Of a stretch of 64,000 nt of DNA, positions 37,334 through 46,809 are shown in pieces. Made by a program: the position numbers and the translations under genes. This DNA comes from Spirochaetales bacterium (lineage in GTDB: Bacteria > Spirochaetota > Spirochaetia > JABMQR01): the NCBI GenBank assembly GCA_018399255.1, contig JAGYPA010000017.1, positions 6,130 through 70,129 of the forward strand, in the 5' to 3' direction. How positions within the stretch are numbered: the stretch's first letter is position 1; each line of letters begins with the position of its first letter. A model generated the notes under the pieces. The model ran no database searches. It was not told where the DNA came from and worked only from the letters and a program-made list of their open reading frames with translations.

Positions 37334-37388
37334 GAAACAGTTTCACAAGTATTAAAGCAAATTTTCCACCCGGCACATAAAAAAAGTG

Positions 37389-37431
37389 TTGACATGTACG
37401 TCTTATCGTGCAAAAATATTTTGTATACAAA
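37389..37431 (+). promoter_or_regulatory. Transketolase operon promoter (-35 TTGACA) and GntR-type operator
   Basis: TTGACA at 37389-37394; perfect palindrome TTTGTATACAAA at 37420-37431. Confidence 0.65.
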
Positions 37432-37458
37432 GTTGTGTAGTCAATAAGGATGTAATAT

Positions 37459-38310
37459 ATGAGCAACCTGCAAAGAGATAAACTGACTGACCGTATCGAA
37501 CGTCTGGAAGGACATGCCAGGGAAGTTCGGATCAGGATCGTTGATATGATCTATAAAGCTCAATCAGGTCATCCCGGAAGTGCCCTGTCTGCTGCTGATA
37601 TCCTGGCCGCCCTCTATTTTGACATTATGAACATTGATCCCTCAAATCCCCGGTGGGAAGAAAGAGACCGGTTTGTATTGTCCAAGGGGCACGGATGTCC
37701 CGTGCTATATGCTTGCCTTGCTCTGAGAAATTACTTTCCTTTACACGAATTAGATACCCTGAGAAAGTTTGAGAGCATTCTCCAGGGGCATCCGGTGAAG
37801 CAAAAAACTCCCGGTGTTGACATGACTACCGGTTCTCTCGGCCATGGCCTCAGTATCGGGCTTGGAATGGCTCTGGATGGAAAACTTACGGGAAAGGATT
37901 ACTTCACCTATGTGCTGATTGGTGACGGGGAGCTGGATGAAGGTCAGAACTGGGAAGCCGCAGCGACTGCTTCTAAATACCATTTGAATCATCTTATTGC
38001 AATTATAGATATCAATAGGCTGCAGATGGACGGGTTTACCGATGAGGTGATGCCGAAGTATTCTATTGCTGAAAAATTCAGGGCATTCAATTGGGAGGTC
38101 CTGGAGATGGACGGGCATGACATGACAGATATCGTTCTGACTCTTGAGAAAGTCAGATTGGCAAAACGAAACAAACCTGTCTGCATTGCTGCTGATACCG
38201 TGAAGGGTAAGGGAGTGAGTTTTATGGAGAATATCAGGGTCTGGCATGGCAAAGCCCCGAATGAACAGGAATATCGATCTGCAATGCTTGAACTGAAAGG
38301 AGAAAACTGA
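37459..38310 (+). CDS. Split transketolase, N-terminal (ThDP-binding) subunit
   Basis: SGHPGSALS, RDRFVLSKGH, TTGSLGHGL, GDGELDEGQNWE, KGKGVSFMEN...WHGKAP. Confidence 0.93.
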   Translation: MSNLQRDKLTDRIERLEGHAREVRIRIVDMIYKAQSGHPGSALSAADILAALYFDIMNIDPSNPRWEERDRFVLSKGHGCPVLYACLALRNYFPLHELDTLRKFESILQGHPVKQKTPGVDMTTGSLGHGLSIGLGMALDGKLTGKDYFTYVLIGDGELDEGQNWEAAATASKYHLNHLIAIIDINRLQMDGFTDEVMPKYSIAEKFRAFNWEVLEMDGHDMTDIVLTLEKVRLAKRNKPVCIAADTVKGKGVSFMENIRVWHGKAPNEQEYRSAMLELKGEN

Positions 38311-39266
38311 TGAAACTGCGGCAAGCTGTGATACCTACCAGGCAGGCGTTTTCAGAAAGAATGGTGGAATACGGTTCAATCAATACAGATTTTGCTGTTT
38401 TCGAGGCTGACATAGGTTATTCAACCTATACATATCTCTTTGGACAAAAATTTCCAGAACGTTATTTCAATATGGGTATCGCGGAATCGAACATGGTAAG
38501 TGCTGCAGCGGGTATGGCTGCGGAAGGAAGGACGGTTGTAGTCAGTTCCTACGGAGTGTTTCTTTCCATGCGGGCGGCCGAGGCGGTACGGACGTATGTC
38601 TGCTATCCTGATTTGAATGTAAAGTTTCTTTCTTCCCATGGCGGGGTAACCGCTGCAATCGATGGGGTAACACATCAGGCAACAGAAGATATTGCTATCA
38701 TGTCAACATTTCCGAATATGAAAGTACTGTGCCCTGCAGACAGCCCTTCAGCAATGAAGCTGCTGGATTTGGCCTTGGAAACACCAGGACCGGTATTCGT
38801 CCGCCTTATGAGAGACCCGCTGTTTGATGTCTACAGCGAGGAGTATGAATTCCGTATCGGTGGCAGTCATATACTCGTTGAGGGTGATGATGTGACCATT
38901 ATTGCCTACGGTGATATGGTGATGCAGGCGCTGAATGCGGCTGAAGAGCTTGGAAATGGCGGGATCTCTGCTGAGGTAATCGACATGTATTCGCAGAAAC
39001 CGATTGATAAGGAGACCCTGCTCAAGTCTGTGAAAAAGACCGGGGCCGTACTGGTAGTGGAAAACCATCAGAAAAAAAATGGTCTGGGGTATGCGGTACC
39101 TCACTATCTTGCAAAGATTGATGAATGTGTCCCCTTTGCCCATCTGGGACTGGACGATGTGTTTGCGGAAAGCGGTGATTACTATCAGGTTATAGACAAA
39201 TATGGAATTTCTTCAAGACATATTACTGAAGAAGTACAAACACTTATTAAACGAAAAAAAGGATAA
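38310..39266 (+). CDS. Split transketolase, C-terminal subunit
   Basis: FPERYFNMGIAESNM, DGVTHQATED, GPVFVRL, KPID, VENH. Confidence 0.93.
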   Translation: MKLRQAVIPTRQAFSERMVEYGSINTDFAVFEADIGYSTYTYLFGQKFPERYFNMGIAESNMVSAAAGMAAEGRTVVVSSYGVFLSMRAAEAVRTYVCYPDLNVKFLSSHGGVTAAIDGVTHQATEDIAIMSTFPNMKVLCPADSPSAMKLLDLALETPGPVFVRLMRDPLFDVYSEEYEFRIGGSHILVEGDDVTIIAYGDMVMQALNAAEELGNGGISAEVIDMYSQKPIDKETLLKSVKKTGAVLVVENHQKKNGLGYAVPHYLAKIDECVPFAHLGLDDVFAESGDYYQVIDKYGISSRHITEEVQTLIKRKKG

Positions 39267-39270
39267 GGTG

Positions 39271-40269
39271 ATGAACAAGTCAAAGCATCAGGTGAAAAGT
39301 GCAGTAATTACGGGATTTCTCGGGAAAACCCAGGACCGGTTCAGAACCTACAACTCTGAACGTTCCCTGGATGAAAAGTTTTCTGTTCTGGCTGGAATTG
39401 ATCAGATTGACGGGGTTGAGATAGTTCATCCGTATGAAGTGCCTGAAGCGCCGGTACTGATTGATCTCTTGCGGAAATATGACCTGACGATAGCCGCAAT
39501 TAATGTAAACGTAAAATCAGAACCTGAATTTATTGATGGGGGCTTAACTTCAGAGGATCCGGCAATACGAAAAAAAGCGGTTTCCATGATAAAGGCCGCG
39601 AAGGATTACGCCGAAGCGGTAGGTGCTGATAAAGTACAGTGCTGTCCGCTTGGAGACGGGTATGAGTTCAGCTTTCAAAGTGATTACAGAAGGACCTGGT
39701 CATATCTGAGGGAAGGGTTTTCTGAAGCAGGTTTATATAAGCCTGAAATTCCCTTGTTTATTGAATATAAGCCGAGTGAAGTCAGGGGAAAGTGTTTTCT
39801 TGATTCTGCAGCAAAAACCGTCTGCTTGTTGGAGCAGATACAGAATCCGGCTGTTGGAGTGACTCTTGATTTTGGTCATTCCATCTACGGTAAGGAAAAC
39901 CCGGCTGAAGCCTTGAGCCTTTTGGCGGGCAGCGGTTTTCCTTATTATATCCATATTAATGACAACGACGGTGAATGGGACTGGGACTATATGGTGGCAA
40001 CAAAACATTTCCTGGAATATGTCGAGTTTATCTATTACCTCCAGGAATTCAAGTATTGCGACTATCTCACATCCGATACTTCACCGAGCAGGCTCGATGT
40101 GCAGGCGACATTTGCCGCAAACGCAAGGTGGACGAATACTATCTGGAATTTGTTATTGGACCTCGACAGAGAGAAACTGTCAGATCTCATGAGAAAACGC
40201 GATTATATGAAGACATGGGAATTTTTGGAGAACAATGTGTTTTTTGGGCAAAACAAACATGGCGTTTGA
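39271..40269 (+). CDS. Xylose isomerase-like TIM-barrel sugar isomerase/epimerase
   Basis: DGYE, IEYKPSE, GVTLDFGH, HINDND...DWD metal-binding motifs; start trimmed to MNKSK. Confidence 0.85.
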   Translation: MNKSKHQVKSAVITGFLGKTQDRFRTYNSERSLDEKFSVLAGIDQIDGVEIVHPYEVPEAPVLIDLLRKYDLTIAAINVNVKSEPEFIDGGLTSEDPAIRKKAVSMIKAAKDYAEAVGADKVQCCPLGDGYEFSFQSDYRRTWSYLREGFSEAGLYKPEIPLFIEYKPSEVRGKCFLDSAAKTVCLLEQIQNPAVGVTLDFGHSIYGKENPAEALSLLAGSGFPYYIHINDNDGEWDWDYMVATKHFLEYVEFIYYLQEFKYCDYLTSDTSPSRLDVQATFAANARWTNTIWNLLLDLDREKLSDLMRKRDYMKTWEFLENNVFFGQNKHGV

Positions 40270-40301
40270 TTGATGGTAGTAAAATTAAGCTGGAGAATTA
40301 T

Positions 40302-41249
40302 ATGAAGATTGTTGTATTGGATGGGTACACCTTGAATCCTGGAGATCTTGACTGGAGTGGCCTTTTTTCATTAGGAGACGTTGCTGTGTATGAACGTACG
40401 TTACCTGATGAAACAGTTGCACGTTCTAAAGGTGCTGAATGTGTATTGACGAATAAAACACCCCTGACCCGGGAGGTGCTGGACCAACTGCCTGACCTTC
40501 GGTATATCGGAGTATTGGCTACCGGGTATAACATTGTAGATACTGCTGCGGCAAAGCAGAAGGGTATTGCAGTAACCAATGTACCTATTTACGGTACCAC
40601 ATCTGTTGCACAGATGGTGTTCTCCCATATCCTGAACCTCATGCATCCTGTAGCGATTCATAATCAGGCTGTTCGGAATGGACAATGGAATAACAGTTCC
40701 GACTTCTGTTTTTGGGTTACACCCCTGAGTGAACTGGCTGGAAAGACATTAGGTATCATTGGATTCGGGAGGATAGGTCAGCAGGTTGCTGCTATAGCTT
40801 CGGCCTTCAGCATGCAAGTTATTGTGTATGATATTTTTCAGCCGGAAGATGCAGCTGAGAAAAGGTGGGTTCCCTTAGATCAGCTCTACCGGGAATCCGA
40901 CATTATTTCTCTCCATTGCCCCCTGACCCATGATACGGAAAAGATGATTAATCGTAATGCTCTCAGGTTGATGAAGCCTTCAGCGTATCTCATTAACACA
41001 TCAAGAGGCCAGCTGATTCATGAAGAGGATTTTGCGGAAGCCTTGAACAATGACACCATTGCAGGTGCAGGGATTGATGTCCTGTCGATTGAACCACCTT
41101 CAGAAGATAATCCCTTGCTGACTGCTAAAAACTGCTATATAACGCCGCATATTTCCTGGGCAACCTATGAAGCCAGGAACAGGCTTATGGCAGCTGCTGT
41201 ACAAAATGTTGCTGACTATATTTCTGGTGCACCAAAGAATACCGTGTAG
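40302..41249 (+). CDS. D-2-hydroxyacid dehydrogenase (glycerate dehydrogenase/hydroxypyruvate reductase-like)
   Basis: MKIVVLDGYTLNPGDLDW, ATGYN, GIIGFGRIG, SLHCPLT, INTSRG, TPHISWAT. Confidence 0.92.
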   Translation: MKIVVLDGYTLNPGDLDWSGLFSLGDVAVYERTLPDETVARSKGAECVLTNKTPLTREVLDQLPDLRYIGVLATGYNIVDTAAAKQKGIAVTNVPIYGTTSVAQMVFSHILNLMHPVAIHNQAVRNGQWNNSSDFCFWVTPLSELAGKTLGIIGFGRIGQQVAAIASAFSMQVIVYDIFQPEDAAEKRWVPLDQLYRESDIISLHCPLTHDTEKMINRNALRLMKPSAYLINTSRGQLIHEEDFAEALNNDTIAGAGIDVLSIEPPSEDNPLLTAKNCYITPHISWATYEARNRLMAAAVQNVADYISGAPKNTV

Positions 41250-41276
41250 AAGCGGCGGCAGGATGTGCTGTATAAT

Positions 41277-41498
41277 ATGCTGACTGACATCGGAACTATT
41301 TTTTACCATAGTATCAGCCCACTGTTTGGTATAATACTTACCAGAGCGTGGCTGGAACAGAAATTTACTTTTTAAATTAGGACTCTGTCGAAGATCTGTC
41401 TCTACTTTCTCCTGCCTGCAATGCTTTTCGCCGTGTTCATACAGTCCCGTATTGAAACGGTAATCAAGCTGATTATCAATCCTTTTTTTCTGCACTGA
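41277..41498 (+). pseudogene. AEC (auxin efflux carrier) family transporter remnant
   Basis: Manual translation MLTDIGTIFYHSISPLFGIILTRAWLEQKFTF*IRTLSKICLYFLLPAMLFAVFIQSRIE; in-frame TAA at 41373-41375, then truncation. Confidence 0.6.
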
Positions 41499-41609
41499 AC
41501 TTTGCTGAACCCGGCTCAAGATATTTCTTTTACAAAGCGGGATTTCTGCTGTAAAGTATAGGATACTCGATCCTGATAGATTCAATTTCTTTAAGGAGAA
41601 AATCTGAAT

Positions 41610-43346
41610 TTGAAAATAACACTGCTTGGCCGGATCATGACCATCCTCATACTGCTTATGATTCCTATCTATGCCATAGCATTTTCAATTTACTATTACG
41701 GATCAAGGGAGATTGAGAGTCAGATAAGTTCCTCTATTATGAAGAATGCATTTTACTATATGGATACCCTGGATAAGGAGCTTCAGCGGATCAGGCTGCT
41801 TAAATTTTCGGTTTTTGAAGACAACAACATAGGGTATCTGACCTATATTGCACAGGATGGATATGACTACGATAAATTAAAAGCTATGAGGGATCTGCTT
41901 CAGAGATTGTTCTACATTCAAAACAGCAGTTCATATATCGAGGACGTTACGGTGTTTATTCCCAGACAAGGGAAAAGCATTTCATCAACGAGGATTGACG
42001 ATTTTAATCTTGAAACATACGTCCAGTTCGGCATCAGCAGTCAGATGAACAGAGACCCGCTGAAGTTTTTTCAGGGTCAGCCCTATCTTATTGACTCCTA
42101 TCCATTTATTCTCGATGAAACCGAAGAGTTAGCCGATTTTATCTTTACTATAGCTCTGTCGGAAAGTGAAATACGAAAGTCTCTACAGGCGCTCAGATTT
42201 GATTTTGGCGGAGAGACCTTTATGCTTCACGAAAACGGGGAATATTCAATTATTGAGGAAGGAAGTTTCTTCTCCGAGGAAAGCTTGTATCCCGAGTTTG
42301 CTGAATATGCTTTGGAGAAAGGGGAAGGTTTTTTCCACTATACATCAGACAAAACCCCCTATCTCGGCATCTTTAAACGTTCTGAATACAGCGGTCTCAT
42401 ATTATTCCACATCATTCCTGAATTAGAGCTCTTTACCCCTTTGCGGCGTTACCTCGGATTTTTCTGGGTCTTCACTATCTTCTCTATAGTTCTTATTACA
42501 CTCTTTGCTGTTACCTCCCATCGCCTGCTTCATCGACCGCTCCGACTTCTTGTAGGGGCTTTCCAGAAACTGGAGGCATGGGATATTTCCGTCCATATAG
42601 ACAATAAAGAGGAATATGAATTCGGTTATCTTTTCCATGCTTTCAACAGAATGGTCAGCCAAATCAACAAACTGATAAAAGATGTATACGAGAAGGAATT
42701 ATTGGTTCGCGATGCGCGATTCAGTCAACTGCAGGCCCAGATTAACCCGCATTTTCTGTACAACAGTTTTTTTATTCTGCAGAGAAGAATAAACAGTGAA
42801 GATATTGAAGGGGCCTCTAAAATGTCTGCCCAATTAGGAAAGTACTTTCAGTATGTAACTCACTCCGAACAGGATACCGTTCCTCTCAGTATTGAATTCA
42901 AGCATGTTTGCAATTACATCGATATCCAGACCATACGGTTCGCCCGGAGACTGACTGTTGAACTGGAAGAACTTCCCGAAAATTGTGCTCACCTGAAAGT
43001 TCCCAGATTAATACTCCAGCCTCTTGTGGAAAATGCTTTCAAGTACGGCTTGGAGGATAAAAGCAGTAACTGTTTCCTGAAAATTTCGTTTGAAACCAAA
43101 GAGGACTGTCTTTTAATCTTGATAGACGATAACGGAGGAGGAATGACGGAGACTGCTGTCGAACAATTGCGGCAAAAGCTCGAAGCACCTCTTCAGCATC
43201 AGGAAATATCAGGCTTAGTTAATATACACAAAAGACTGAGGATTTTCTTTGGAAATGAGAGCGGGCTCACGATCACACCTTTGCCTTCAGGAGGTTTGAG
43301 AGCAGTAGTCAAAATCCCGAGAGCTCCGGAAGGCCGAAATGTATAA
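41610..43346 (+). CDS. YesM-like sensor histidine kinase
   Basis: TTG start after AAGGAG; two TM segments, HAMP, LQAQINPHFLYNS, LQPLVENAFKYG, DDNGGG. Confidence 0.92.
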   Translation: MKITLLGRIMTILILLMIPIYAIAFSIYYYGSREIESQISSSIMKNAFYYMDTLDKELQRIRLLKFSVFEDNNIGYLTYIAQDGYDYDKLKAMRDLLQRLFYIQNSSSYIEDVTVFIPRQGKSISSTRIDDFNLETYVQFGISSQMNRDPLKFFQGQPYLIDSYPFILDETEELADFIFTIALSESEIRKSLQALRFDFGGETFMLHENGEYSIIEEGSFFSEESLYPEFAEYALEKGEGFFHYTSDKTPYLGIFKRSEYSGLILFHIIPELELFTPLRRYLGFFWVFTIFSIVLITLFAVTSHRLLHRPLRLLVGAFQKLEAWDISVHIDNKEEYEFGYLFHAFNRMVSQINKLIKDVYEKELLVRDARFSQLQAQINPHFLYNSFFILQRRINSEDIEGASKMSAQLGKYFQYVTHSEQDTVPLSIEFKHVCNYIDIQTIRFARRLTVELEELPENCAHLKVPRLILQPLVENAFKYGLEDKSSNCFLKISFETKEDCLLILIDDNGGGMTETAVEQLRQKLEAPLQHQEISGLVNIHKRLRIFFGNESGLTITPLPSGGLRAVVKIPRAPEGRNV

Positions 43347-44946
43347 TATTCTTGTTGTGGATGACGAAGTTGAAATCGCGGATTATCTCCATCAGTTGGT
43401 AAAGGGCTTGGAAACCTATGAGGTTGATGTATACAAAGCCTATTCTGGAGACGAAGCACTTACTCTCCTTGGACGGAACAGGATGGATATCGTTCTCTCC
43501 GATATGAAGATGCCCGGCTTGAGCGGACTGGATCTTCTTGAGAGAATTAACGAGAGATGGCCGCACTGCCTGGTCATTTTTCTCACGGGCTATCAGGATT
43601 TTGACAGCATTTACACGGCTACTAAAATGGGCAGTGTGCAGTATCTGCTTAAGACCCTGGAAGACCATGAGATTCTCGATGCCCTGGAAATAACCTTAGC
43701 CCGATTGGAAAAGGAGCGAAGAACTGTCCGCTGTATTCAAAAATCAGAACCCTACCTGGTCCATCAGTTGCTTGAGGACGGTCTTCTATCACGGGATGAA
43801 AACTTCTGGAATAGAAGATCAACAATAGAACTGCTGGAGGAACTGGGAATTGAGCTCGATGTGAATGAGTCGGTGTACATTGTTCTTGCCAAATTCGATT
43901 TTCCTGTCAGGAGCAGCGGCATTACGGAATGTAAAAACATACTGCAGGCCGCCGAGATGCTGAATGATCACCTGGTATCCAATTTCGTTCATGTATTTAC
44001 AAGCTTCAGGGAGCAATATCTGGTTTCACTTCTTCAGCCCCGCGATAAAACACTCAATGACCCCCAGTCTCTGATTTGGGGGAACCTGGATCTGATCCAA
44101 ACCCTTTTTCATGATCAAGTGAAGCAGGAATTTTCCTTTTTATTGGAATCATGCCCTGTCCCCCTGTCCCGCATGGCAAAGGTATTCGATGAAATGACTG
44201 ACAATCTGGACAAGCAGATTGGAGCCGGAAACCGGGGAGGCGGGATAAGTTCCGTTGCCTTCGATGGGACGGACCTTTCTTTTCGTTCAGGGCTTCATTT
44301 TGAACGGGGACTGCAGCTGCTGCATGAGTACCTCGAGTCGGGTCGAAAAGAAGAGTTTATTAACCTGATCGACGCTATCTTTTCCTCCTCCGGTGACTTG
44401 TATGAAGCATATATTTCAATTTCCCTTATACTCTACAGGACAATAAACACCTTCGGACTATATGAGGAGATTAACGACCAGACCGGGCTGCTGCACCTTT
44501 TTAACCTGGAAGAACACCTGACCAGGGATGCTGCCGTTAATTATCTTAAAACAGTTTCACACATTCTTTTTGATAAAATAGAATTAAAAAGCAAGCAGCG
44601 AGTTTCGGCAATCATAGAGAGTCTCTGTGATCATATCAGGAACCATTTGAGTGAGGATATTTCACTGGTCAGGCTGGCTGACTTTGCCAACCTGAATGCT
44701 TCATACCTGTCACGGCTGTTCAAAAAGGAAATCGGGCAGAACCTTTCAGTGTATATCGCTAATGAAAAGATGATAAAAGCCAGGGACCTGCTGAGCAATC
44801 CCCGATTGAAAATCAAGGAAGTGGCTGCTGAAGTCGGGTACTACAATCCTGCTTATTTTACAAGATTTTTTAAGCAGCTGACAGGACTGTCACCAGCGGA
44901 GTACAGAAATTCTATGGCGAATGTAAAAAATAGAGAAGATATGTAA
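43339..44946 (+). CDS. YesN-like response regulator with AraC HTH
   Basis: ILVVDDE, SDMKMPGLSG, NLNASYLSRLFKKE, GYYNPAYFTRFFK. Confidence 0.92.
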   Translation: MYNILVVDDEVEIADYLHQLVKGLETYEVDVYKAYSGDEALTLLGRNRMDIVLSDMKMPGLSGLDLLERINERWPHCLVIFLTGYQDFDSIYTATKMGSVQYLLKTLEDHEILDALEITLARLEKERRTVRCIQKSEPYLVHQLLEDGLLSRDENFWNRRSTIELLEELGIELDVNESVYIVLAKFDFPVRSSGITECKNILQAAEMLNDHLVSNFVHVFTSFREQYLVSLLQPRDKTLNDPQSLIWGNLDLIQTLFHDQVKQEFSFLLESCPVPLSRMAKVFDEMTDNLDKQIGAGNRGGGISSVAFDGTDLSFRSGLHFERGLQLLHEYLESGRKEEFINLIDAIFSSSGDLYEAYISISLILYRTINTFGLYEEINDQTGLLHLFNLEEHLTRDAAVNYLKTVSHILFDKIELKSKQRVSAIIESLCDHIRNHLSEDISLVRLADFANLNASYLSRLFKKEIGQNLSVYIANEKMIKARDLLSNPRLKIKEVAAEVGYYNPAYFTRFFKQLTGLSPAEYRNSMANVKNREDM

Positions 44947-45032
44947 AACTATTGCAGCTTTCGCCATTGGATAACCTGTTCTACCATACTTTCAGACCTG
45001 CAGGTCAAATTAAGAAAGGATGGTATTCATTT

Positions 45033-46724
45033 ATGAATCGAAAGAAACTTTTTACAGTCGGTTTATTGTCAGTTCTGGTTCTCTTTTCCGCTTTTGCTGG
45101 TGGTCAGCAGAGCGAATCGACCGAACCGGTAATCGTTGCTCCGGGCCCCTTCGGCAAGTACAGCCCCCCCATCGAGGTGACGGCTTTTAAAATAACAAAG
45201 GACCAGATGTCTTTTCAGCCAGGTGAAGACCTGAACAACAATATCTGGGCTAAGCTCTATGAAGAGGAGCTGGGCGTCAAGGTTAATTACGTATGGACCG
45301 TTGCCGACGCTCAAGCTCAGAATAAAGTCAACGTGCAGATTGCCGCAGCGGATTTACCTGATATTTCCACAGTCGGTCCTGTTCAGTTCAAATCTCTTTA
45401 TGAAAGCGGAATGATCCAGGACCTTACGCAGGCGTGGGATGAATACGCCTCTCCCCTGGTAAAACAAATCTTTGAAGAGGAAGATGGAGGAGTTGCTCTT
45501 GGTCAGGTAAGCATAGACGGTAAGCTCTATGGTATTCCCAAAACCAGGGAAAACCTTGATGCTGTGCCTCTCATCTATATACGAGCCGACTGGCTGGAGA
45601 ATTTGGGACTTGCTGTTCCCAGAACAATTGACGAGCTGGAAGCCGCAGCCAGAGCTTTTGCTTTTGATGATCCTGACGGGAACGGCGAAGATGACACCTT
45701 GGGGATTTCGTTCACTGGAAACCTCAACGACCCCATCGGCGGTATGAACGGTTTGTTTATGGGTTTTGGGGCCTATCCTTACCTTAACGGAGCCAAGGAA
45801 GTCTGGTTGAACGATCCTTCATCAGGAGAAGTAATCTCTGCTTCAGTGCAGCCGGAAGTGCGCCAGACTCTGGAAACATTGTCACGCTGGTACGAAGAGG
45901 GAATTCTCGATCGAGAGTTTGCTACTAGAGATCTGGTTAAAATTTCGGAATTGGCCTCAAACGGCAAACTGGGGATTGTGTATGCTGAGCACTGGTTTCA
46001 GTGGATGTGGCCCATGCCCATGGCTATCATAAATGTCCCCGAAGCCGAATGGATCACTATAGAGATCCCTACAGTAGATGGCAGTCCTGCTGAAGTTGTT
46101 CTTCCCGGTTCTCTCGACAGCACTGTTTATGTGGCCAATTCTTCTATGAAGAATCCCGAAGTGCTCGTAAAAATGTTGAACCTCTATGTGAAGCAGCTCT
46201 CCCAGTCAAGTCCCGATTACGCTGAGGACTATCATGTAATCACCAAGGAAGACGGTGAGAAGTTTATCACCTGGCACTATGGACTTGTACAGAGCGGTAC
46301 CGTCGGAAACGCCTATGGAACCGGACGTATTCAAGAGTGGTATAAACACAGAAATACCGATTATCATCAGCACGAAACTGCCTGGGTAGCCGATATGATT
46401 GATCAAATCAGAAAGCATATCGGCGATCATGAGGAACCCGGCGACAATATGTGGAACTGGACAACATGGATGTGGGGGAACCCGGAGGGCGCTTACTCTA
46501 TTAACTTGAAGCTTAAAGATGAAGGGCGCACATTCGTCAATGCATACCTCGGTGTCGATACTGAGACCATGGCAGATAGAATTTCATCCCTTGCGTCCAT
46601 GAGAGAAGAGGTTTTTACCCGGATCATTATGGGAGGACAACCCATAAGCGCTTTCGATACCTATGTTCAGGATTGGTACAAACTCGGCGGAGAAAAAATC
46701 CTCGGAGAAATTAACGATCTTTAA
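45033..46724 (+). CDS. Carbohydrate ABC transporter solute-binding protein
   Basis: Signal peptide ...SAFAGGQQSE; AADLPD, IRADWLENLGL..P.TIDEL, DPDGNGEDDT, FTRIIMG...FDTYVQDWYKLGG. Confidence 0.92.
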   Translation: MNRKKLFTVGLLSVLVLFSAFAGGQQSESTEPVIVAPGPFGKYSPPIEVTAFKITKDQMSFQPGEDLNNNIWAKLYEEELGVKVNYVWTVADAQAQNKVNVQIAAADLPDISTVGPVQFKSLYESGMIQDLTQAWDEYASPLVKQIFEEEDGGVALGQVSIDGKLYGIPKTRENLDAVPLIYIRADWLENLGLAVPRTIDELEAAARAFAFDDPDGNGEDDTLGISFTGNLNDPIGGMNGLFMGFGAYPYLNGAKEVWLNDPSSGEVISASVQPEVRQTLETLSRWYEEGILDREFATRDLVKISELASNGKLGIVYAEHWFQWMWPMPMAIINVPEAEWITIEIPTVDGSPAEVVLPGSLDSTVYVANSSMKNPEVLVKMLNLYVKQLSQSSPDYAEDYHVITKEDGEKFITWHYGLVQSGTVGNAYGTGRIQEWYKHRNTDYHQHETAWVADMIDQIRKHIGDHEEPGDNMWNWTTWMWGNPEGAYSINLKLKDEGRTFVNAYLGVDTETMADRISSLASMREEVFTRIIMGGQPISAFDTYVQDWYKLGGEKILGEINDL

Positions 46725-46740
46725 TGTATACCGTCCTTCC

Positions 46741-46778
46741 CGGTCTTTGTCGGAGTAGTAACTATCCGGCAAAGACCG
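46741..46778 (+). other. Stem-loop just downstream of the SBP gene
   Basis: CGGTCTTTGTCGGA-N10-TCCGGCAAAGACCG, a 14-bp stem with one G-U pair. Confidence 0.65.
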
Positions 46779-46809
46779 ATCTATTATCTACTTCATAAAG
46801 GAAAGCGAA

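Noticed and set aside
37459..40269. Firm assignment as the D-apiose transketolase pathway or sulfo-TK pathway
   Set aside because: There is no apulose kinase or sulfoquinovosidase in the cluster and subfamily membership cannot be established by eye; kept only as an analogy.
39975..40301. 109-aa N-terminal extension of the hydroxyacid dehydrogenase
   Set aside because: It overlaps the isomerase gene in another frame; the family-typical start MKIVVLDG with a GGAG RBS is at 40302.
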